In this document: in pieces, positions 57,563 to 64,000 of the stretch | Layout of the letters: every line of letters starts with the position of its first letter | Position numbering within the stretch: the stretch's first letter is position 1 | Source of the DNA: a virus | Lineage: Duplodnaviria; Caudoviricetes | IMG/VR virus record: IMGVR_UViG_3300025679_000005 | DNA length: 64,000 nt | Strand: one strand, 5' to 3' | Notes under the pieces: generated by a model | The model's database searches: none | What the model was told of the DNA's origin: nothing | What the model saw: the letters and a program-made list of their open reading frames with translations, nothing else | Position numbers and translations under genes: made by a program

Positions 57563-58992
57563 GTCGCTTCGAAGTCCGATTCCCAGATGGTAACCAAGTT
57601 ATACCCGGCGTCCTTGATACGGCCCTCGCGCTGCATCGTACGATCATAGAGTTCTCCAAAGGAACACCCTGTCGACTTATTCAGATCTTCTCTAGGCCTG
57701 TGTGTAGGATGCCCGTGCCAATAATCGCCATAGAACTCATATACAGTACTCGTGACTGGGTCAAACCCGTCAACACGAACCCGTCGACCATTGCCCAGAT
57801 AGAGCTTGACCTGTCTATTCTCCTCGGAGATCCTTAGACTGTCTAACCATTGTATTTCTGGCTTAGATACTTGGCTTCGGATGCACCCCTGACAGCCGAA
57901 GCCACTGAGGTGTCTATGTGCGATTGTCTCAAATACACCATGCGTAGGGCACCCTATTTTGACTGGCTCCAGAATATGGGTATATTCGACCAAAGAATAG
58001 TCATAATCGACTCTGTGGATGGCTTTTGATCTGGTGATGAATTCTTCAGTCGTTATCCGGGTGTCATCCCTGCCACACCAATAACAGCCCTTACCTTCTG
58101 AGGTATGCGAACGAGGCCTCTGTTTGAATGGCCCGTGTTTACGACATACAATTGTGACTCGCGTGTCGTTGTTCATATATGTTACCTTTGAGTAATCATA
58201 TTTGTCACCGTGAACCGCTCTGGCGTCCGCAATGAACTCCTCTAACGGTTTGAATGCTTTGACAGCAGAGCAGGCAGGGCAACCAATTCCCAACCTGACA
58301 TGGCTATTAGCATTTTGACTGAACGTACCGTGTTCAGGGCATACTATCAAAACGTGGTTGTTGCTCCCTGTGTACACCACCTTTGAGTAGTCATATCTAC
58401 TACCGTGAGACTTACGAGCCTGAGTAAGGAACTGCTCCAGCGGCTTAGTTCGATCTGCGACAGCACAAGAGGGGCAGCCAACGGGTCTTATATGGCTCGC
58501 GGGCGTTTGCCGAAATGGGCCGTGCTCTCGGCACACAAGGGTCACATGGACAGCGTTGTCTACGAACTCTACTCTTGAGTAGTCGTACCTGTCGCCATGG
58601 ACAGCTCTAGCTTTTGACAGGAATCGATCAATCGAGGGCGCACGGCGTTCTTTAGAGCACTTCCCACAACCGTAACCCTTTACATGGCTCGCAGGAAGCT
58701 GCCGAAATGGGCCGTGCGTAGGACAGACTATATCGACGTGAGACTTTGCATTAACCCAAGATAGGTCTGAGTAGTCGTACGATCTGCCGTGGACTGCCTT
58801 GGCTTGAGCAATGAATTGGTCAACCGTTTTAGAGCGGTTGACGTTCAGCGATATATCGCTCGCCACGATACAACCCTGGTTTCCGATGAAGAAATGTCCC
58901 AGCAGATCAGGAGTCGATATTGTCCACCATGAACCACTAGCTTCCAGAGGAGGGTGTCCTCTTCCAGACTGTGGTGATGGTGAGGGTCGCAC
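57559..58992 (-). CDS. Homing-endonuclease-like protein: five Zn-binding repeats plus C-terminal PD-(D/E)xK-like domain
   Basis: Five F...A..VHG..YDYS......V.I.C..HG.F.Q....H....GC..C units; SKPEIQWL...VDGFDP...YEFYGDYWHG. Confidence 0.8.
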   Translation of the reverse strand: MRPSPSPQSGRGHPPLEASGSWWTISTPDLLGHFFIGNQGCIVASDISLNVNRSKTVDQFIAQAKAVHGRSYDYSDLSWVNAKSHVDIVCPTHGPFRQLPASHVKGYGCGKCSKERRAPSIDRFLSKARAVHGDRYDYSRVEFVDNAVHVTLVCREHGPFRQTPASHIRPVGCPSCAVADRTKPLEQFLTQARKSHGSRYDYSKVVYTGSNNHVLIVCPEHGTFSQNANSHVRLGIGCPACSAVKAFKPLEEFIADARAVHGDKYDYSKVTYMNNDTRVTIVCRKHGPFKQRPRSHTSEGKGCYWCGRDDTRITTEEFITRSKAIHRVDYDYSLVEYTHILEPVKIGCPTHGVFETIAHRHLSGFGCQGCIRSQVSKPEIQWLDSLRISEENRQVKLYLGNGRRVRVDGFDPVTSTVYEFYGDYWHGHPTHRPREDLNKSTGCSFGELYDRTMQREGRIKDAGYNLVTIWESDFEAT

Positions 58993-59262
58993 GGGGGAGG
59001 ACCTAGGTGCAGGAATTTGACATCTGCTTCTGAAGGTTGGCCTTCCTCGATCGGCAAAACTATGGTTAGCTCGTTCCGGCCACGGACAACCGTGAATTCA
59101 CCCTCGGCAACTTCGTATCGGGGGTGCAGGGGGTGGCGGTGTGGGTAGTGCTTGGGCATTTCGGGCTCCTATGGGGGAGCCCGAATAAGAAGAAACCCTA
59201 TTCGTTGCTAGGGCAGGTTCAGGGGTGGGCGACTGCCACCAAGATCCACCCTAGAACCTGCC

Positions 59263-62200
59263 TCATAAGTCACGCACCCAATTGGTTGGCACGCCACCGG
59301 CTCCAGCACTAGCCCCAGCAGGGCCACCAGCATTATATGTGCCTGGTCCTAATTCCATTGCCAAATTAGAGCCCATGTCTACCAAAATAACTCTACCTCC
59401 ACCACCGGCAGACCCACCACCACCACTCTGACTGATTAGTCCGTTGCCGCCCGCGCCGGCCGCGCCACCAGTGACATCGAAGGCCCCCGTAATGGTAGCA
59501 CCAGACTTGACAAAATAACTAAAGAACCACCAGCCGCCACCACCCCCAGAGCCGCCACCACCCCCACCAACAAAAGTTGAAAGTTGGCCATTTGGTGCAA
59601 AACCGCCAACTCCACCAGCGCCACCTTTAGCTTGGAAAATAGCTGATGTACGTGCAGTTCCGGTAACTACCCGATAACAAGAGATGTAACCAAAGCCGCC
59701 ACCGGCTCCACCACCACCGGCAGCACCAGCTGTTGACGTATTACCCGTGTCATTACCACCGGTCCCACCAGAAGAACCGGGAGCGCCGGCTGTTAGAAAG
59801 CCGTATCCGCTAGCGTTAGAGGGTGCAACACGTATTGCACCAAAAAAGTCACAAGCCCATCTATGATAGCTTACTGTGAGGTCTGTAGTTGTCCCAATAC
59901 CGCCACTGCCACCTACATTATCACCAGCTCCGCCATCCCCACCCGGGCCACTAGGACCACCTTGACAAACTTTGATAGCAACTATTGAAGTTCCTGGCTC
60001 ACCACCCAGTGCTGGGAACCCTCCAAAAGCATTTGGACCATCATAACCTACTAGAGATCCAGCTATTGTTCCGTCGCTGCTTCCAGCTCCACCCCCACCA
60101 CCTACAGAACCGGATGCGTTGGCGCCTGCATTAGCAACAACAAAGAAGGCTTCTGGTTCAGCATTCGATATGTCAAGAGTGCCTTGAACGAAGATGCGAT
60201 AACCGTTTGGTTTTATGTAACCGTTAACGCCCATCGTAAGATTACGATAATACATATCACTAGTTAGCGTCACTATGGTATTCGTAACGGTTAGATCCCC
60301 ATCAAAGCCATAACCGCAACACATTGAACGCAATGGATTTACGTGTTCAGCGTCGTTATCCACAATTCGCCAAACATCAGTTACTATCTGTTCTATCACC
60401 AATTTTGAATTAGTACCAGCTAAGCCAACAGTGCTAGCACTAGTGGTAATACCAGCGCTGGTGATCAACGTTACGGTCGACAATGGCTGAATAAGTACTG
60501 GATGGTCGTCGTCCGTCTGAACGATCTCAATTCGAGCAGGTACAGGAAAATTCACAGCAGAGTTAAGTGGAATCTGAATGACAGTGTCTGGACTCCAAGT
60601 ACACAGTATGATTCCGTTAGCATCACTTAGCTGTAGTGTGTAGTTAGGGCTACCCGTGGGGACAGTCCTAATGCCACTTACGCCACCTGCTGGGCCTGGG
60701 GGGCCGGCAGGACCCGTTCCGCCAGCAGCATCAAGCACCGTGACGAGACCGGATTGCTCTCGGATCTTGGCCTTGTGATCAGCTGGGTCCACATAGAGGA
60801 TCGTTCCGCCACTAGGGTTAGCGCTCGGAATAGTCCCCGCTTCGGCGATGTAGATGACGCCGTTGCCGGTGTTTGGCGGCATCTGAGTGGTCGAGAGAGA
60901 GGCGTTGTAACAGAGGGCAAGAACTGCTGCAGGAGAGGCAGAGGTGTTGAGGTTCGCTAGCTCGACTAGGCGTGCTGGCGTTCCGGAAACGATACCAGTA
61001 CTGAGACCACCCATCTGGAGATAGACGCGCCCTTGAGGCCCCGTAGTCCCACTGTTGCCGCTCACTACCCCGACATCACCACCAGTGACATTGGCGTTTT
61101 GACCGTTCAGAAAAAGGGGCGCCCCAGTACTGTTTCCGGTAGCTCCAATCCAAAATGACATCGACCGAAGATTCGATGTTCCTAGTGCACCGATCACAGT
61201 TCGTTGGTTTGCGACCACTTCGTTGAATACCAGATTCCCAATCGTTCCTGAGATGTTACAGGTAATAATATCAGAGGCACCCCCGCCGAGGGCAAAACCA
61301 CCAACTATGGTTTCCCCACGCAGCTGAATCCCCCCTGTTCCATTTATAGCCACACCCGTAAAATCACCAGTGTTGGCCGCGTTTCTAAAATTGATCGTCG
61401 ATGCATTTCCAAGGCGGAGTGTTCCCGTTGCCGATGGGTTGGTTCCTAGAGACAGCGAACCGGTCGTCACCAAGTTCTGAGCAGCGAAATTGTCCCCTGG
61501 TGCGTACGTTGTCCCGTTCCAGATCAGCGCTTGCCCAAGAGTGCCCGCTGCGTAGGGCGCACCTGCGAGGTCTAGGATCGTAACCAGACCCGATTGCTCT
61601 CGGATCTTGGCCTTGTGATCCGCGGGGTCTACGTAGAGGATAGTGCCACCACTTGGGTTAGCGCTAGGGATCGTTCCAGCTTCACGGAGGTAGATGACGC
61701 CGTCGCCCGTGTTCGTGGGCATCTGCGTGGTAGAGAGCACACCGTTGAAGCAGAGAGACAACACGCCAGCCGGTGACGCAGTTGTGTTCAGATTCGCCAG
61801 CTCGATCATCTGGTAACCGACACCAGACACCTGGCCGTTGACGAACCCACCCATTTGGATGGCGACCCGCCCTTGCGTCAACCCAAGCCCTGAGGCGAGA
61901 TAAAGGGCGCCACCCGTCGTGATTGCGCCCTGGGCGACGATACTCAGCGCTCTGCCCGTCGCTGACGACGTTGCGTGAATCTGCAATGTGCAATTACCTG
62001 CGCTGGAAGCGTCTGCGAATTGCATGATGCTCTGCGCACCAGTTGCCGACACCAACGCCATCACAACCTGTGTTCCGCTATTTCCAACGCTGAAAACTGG
62101 TGCACCCCCACCCCACAGTTGGACACCGTTGTTCGCAACTTCGGAGTTGAGGATGACGCTTCCTCCACCCACAAATAGCGTCGGAACATCCCCAGTGTTG

Positions 62201-63957
62201 GCTACGTTCCGGAAGACGACCGTCGCAGCGTTCCCAAGGCGGAGCGAACCGACTCTGGCTGGCGTTGCTCCTAGCGACAACGCTCCTGTAGTTACTAGAT
62301 TCTGAGGAGAGAAGTTGTCGCCCGGCTGCCACGACGTGCCGTCCCAGATGAGCGCTTGTCCTAGTGTGGCTCCGTCCTGAAGTAGGCCTCCTAGTGGAAT
62401 TTGACCATAGACCAGAGAGGACGTGTCAGAGAGGAGGACGAAAGAACAGTTGGAATTAGGATACGAGATAGGTACTTGGGAATAGTTTACGTTATTCCCT
62501 GCCATCACAATCTGCTGAGTCGCAGGGATCGCTAGATGGGCTTCCGTATCGGTAACGGCGTTCGCTCCACCGCTGAGGGCGAAGCCTACTGCATAGCTGG
62601 TGCCGAAGCCATATTGCTGGCCAGAGACCTTTATATAACAATCGGGAGCTACAGATACAGCGGTTCCAGACCCGTTGGTCCATTCACAGGCCGCAAAGTC
62701 TATACTCCCCGCAAATTCACTGCCACCGCCCGCGGCTCCCCCACTAAGAGCGTTTCCACCATTGGCAAAGCAATTGCCAATGAACATCTGTATTGGTATA
62801 CCTGCGATCAGGGAAGCCCCGTCAACGAGGCAGCCCATGATCACGGACTCAATCGATCCTAGAAACGCCGTGGTTCCGGCGCCAATGATCCTGCAATTTC
62901 GGAGCTGGGTGCTGCCAGCGAAGCGAGAGACGTTGACGCCTCCCACCAAACATCCTGTTATGTAGTTGCTGTCGGATCCGGCAACGGTATTTAAGAACTC
63001 GGCCCCGTTTGGTAAAATCGCATCCCGAAGAACGAAGTTATCTCCAGACGGACCGCCGTTGGGATGGCCCGGCAGCCTTATTTGGACTCGTGCAATCGTC
63101 ACTCCCAAGGTGTCGACCACTACGGTAGTCCCTGAGGCTATGTTGACGACGTTGACCGTGGCCCCCGAGTCCAAAAACCAGGTCTTAACGTAAGCGTCCG
63201 TTGACCCGCCATTGAGGGCAGTGACGTAGGTGATCGCCCCGACGTTGGCACCGGAGGTAGACCTAATACGGTTACCGGCTGCAAAAGTTCCGGAAACCGT
63301 CGTGATCTCACCCCTCGTAGGAGTCGCCGACTCAACGGTGTTGACCACCGTTGCCAAAGGGATCGGGCTCGAACTCGTGAAGGCGCAAAAGATGTCAAAC
63401 CCCAAGTTACTGCCCACCGGAGCGGATATGCTTAGTTCAATGGCGCCATAGGACCCAGCCGCAATGTGGACGGCTGTGCTCTGATGGATAGTGAGGGTTG
63501 TCCCCAGCGGGCAAAGAGTTTGAGATAGCTTCTCAGTCGTCGCAAACGCTGTCCCCGAAGTATGGCCATCGTTGGCATCGGAACCGGTCGAAGCATTAAC
63601 ATACCAGTTGGGGACCTTTGCTACGGCCTCGCTGAACATCAGCGTATAGGGATCGATATTGTAGAAGCCAGGGGTGTTATCGAGAGCAAAGGAAGTCCCG
63701 GAATTCGGAAGATTGAACGGGATCGCTGAGTACGGAAACCTATGTCCGTCGGCAACAATTTGAACGGTTGCCGGTATGTTTTGGAGGGACGAGACTAGTC
63801 CGTACATCGTGGCATTGCTGCCGGCCTCAAGCTCGATTCCAATCCCGTACGGAGTCGACAACCCCCAGATATTAGAGAGCAGGTACAGAGCACAGGTTGG
63901 GGCGACTTCAATAGCAGTTAGTCCTGAACTGCCATTCTCGATCTCAAGGACCCCCAA
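59263..63957 (-). CDS. Large Gly-rich virion fibre/structural-like protein (1564 aa)
   Basis: G/S/T/A-rich; duplicated module (LANLNT...GTILYVDPADHKAKIREQSGLVT); short collagen-like GPAGPPGPAG; Gly-rich C-terminus. Confidence 0.7.
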   Translation of the reverse strand: MGVLEIENGSSGLTAIEVAPTCALYLLSNIWGLSTPYGIGIELEAGSNATMYGLVSSLQNIPATVQIVADGHRFPYSAIPFNLPNSGTSFALDNTPGFYNIDPYTLMFSEAVAKVPNWYVNASTGSDANDGHTSGTAFATTEKLSQTLCPLGTTLTIHQSTAVHIAAGSYGAIELSISAPVGSNLGFDIFCAFTSSSPIPLATVVNTVESATPTRGEITTVSGTFAAGNRIRSTSGANVGAITYVTALNGGSTDAYVKTWFLDSGATVNVVNIASGTTVVVDTLGVTIARVQIRLPGHPNGGPSGDNFVLRDAILPNGAEFLNTVAGSDSNYITGCLVGGVNVSRFAGSTQLRNCRIIGAGTTAFLGSIESVIMGCLVDGASLIAGIPIQMFIGNCFANGGNALSGGAAGGGSEFAGSIDFAACEWTNGSGTAVSVAPDCYIKVSGQQYGFGTSYAVGFALSGGANAVTDTEAHLAIPATQQIVMAGNNVNYSQVPISYPNSNCSFVLLSDTSSLVYGQIPLGGLLQDGATLGQALIWDGTSWQPGDNFSPQNLVTTGALSLGATPARVGSLRLGNAATVVFRNVANTGDVPTLFVGGGSVILNSEVANNGVQLWGGGAPVFSVGNSGTQVVMALVSATGAQSIMQFADASSAGNCTLQIHATSSATGRALSIVAQGAITTGGALYLASGLGLTQGRVAIQMGGFVNGQVSGVGYQMIELANLNTTASPAGVLSLCFNGVLSTTQMPTNTGDGVIYLREAGTIPSANPSGGTILYVDPADHKAKIREQSGLVTILDLAGAPYAAGTLGQALIWNGTTYAPGDNFAAQNLVTTGSLSLGTNPSATGTLRLGNASTINFRNAANTGDFTGVAINGTGGIQLRGETIVGGFALGGGASDIITCNISGTIGNLVFNEVVANQRTVIGALGTSNLRSMSFWIGATGNSTGAPLFLNGQNANVTGGDVGVVSGNSGTTGPQGRVYLQMGGLSTGIVSGTPARLVELANLNTSASPAAVLALCYNASLSTTQMPPNTGNGVIYIAEAGTIPSANPSGGTILYVDPADHKAKIREQSGLVTVLDAAGGTGPAGPPGPAGGVSGIRTVPTGSPNYTLQLSDANGIILCTWSPDTVIQIPLNSAVNFPVPARIEIVQTDDDHPVLIQPLSTVTLITSAGITTSASTVGLAGTNSKLVIEQIVTDVWRIVDNDAEHVNPLRSMCCGYGFDGDLTVTNTIVTLTSDMYYRNLTMGVNGYIKPNGYRIFVQGTLDISNAEPEAFFVVANAGANASGSVGGGGGAGSSDGTIAGSLVGYDGPNAFGGFPALGGEPGTSIVAIKVCQGGPSGPGGDGGAGDNVGGSGGIGTTTDLTVSYHRWACDFFGAIRVAPSNASGYGFLTAGAPGSSGGTGGNDTGNTSTAGAAGGGGAGGGFGYISCYRVVTGTARTSAIFQAKGGAGGVGGFAPNGQLSTFVGGGGGGSGGGGGWWFFSYFVKSGATITGAFDVTGGAAGAGGNGLISQSGGGGSAGGGGRVILVDMGSNLAMELGPGTYNAGGPAGASAGAGGVPTNWVRDL

Positions 63958-64000
63958 TTCAGCAGTCGTGTCTAGAGCTAGTACAATATTGCCACCATCT

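Overview
64 kb of a GC-rich, gene-dense genome, most likely a huge (Biggiephage-like) bacteriophage, with an unusually large CRISPR arsenal and no cas1/cas2/cas4 in the window. (1) A ~80-repeat type I-C-like array followed by cas5-cas8c(+internal cas11)-cas7 and an SF2 helicase without an HD nuclease domain in place of Cas3, coupled to small accessory genes. (2) An intact CasPhi (Cas12j) gene with an 11-repeat array. (3) A 5-repeat type V-like array behind a 5'-truncated TnpB/Cas12-like gene. (4) A 7-repeat orphan array, one spacer of which matches the neighbouring phage gene at 39/40 nt. The most striking unexplained structure is a set of CRISPR repeats outside the arrays. Six shortened CasPhi repeats form promoter-driven mini-arrays with 12-15 nt spacers (one spacer is itself the phage promoter motif) or sit 4-6 nt before start codons, bracketing a tyrosine recombinase. 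Three solitary copies of the array-3 repeat also occur. A GGTG-TAnnnT motif lies 8-14 nt before more than 20 start codons (probably leaderless promoters), and about nine unrelated proteins share a C-terminal W[EQD]RL tag. Other genes: two intact TnpBs, a methyltransferase-SNF2 helicase fusion, HslV-like protease, HU, kinase, HNH nucleases, glycosyltransferase, pyruvyltransferase and a large Gly-rich fibre-like protein. All family calls come from motif recognition by eye; no searches were run and counts are manual.
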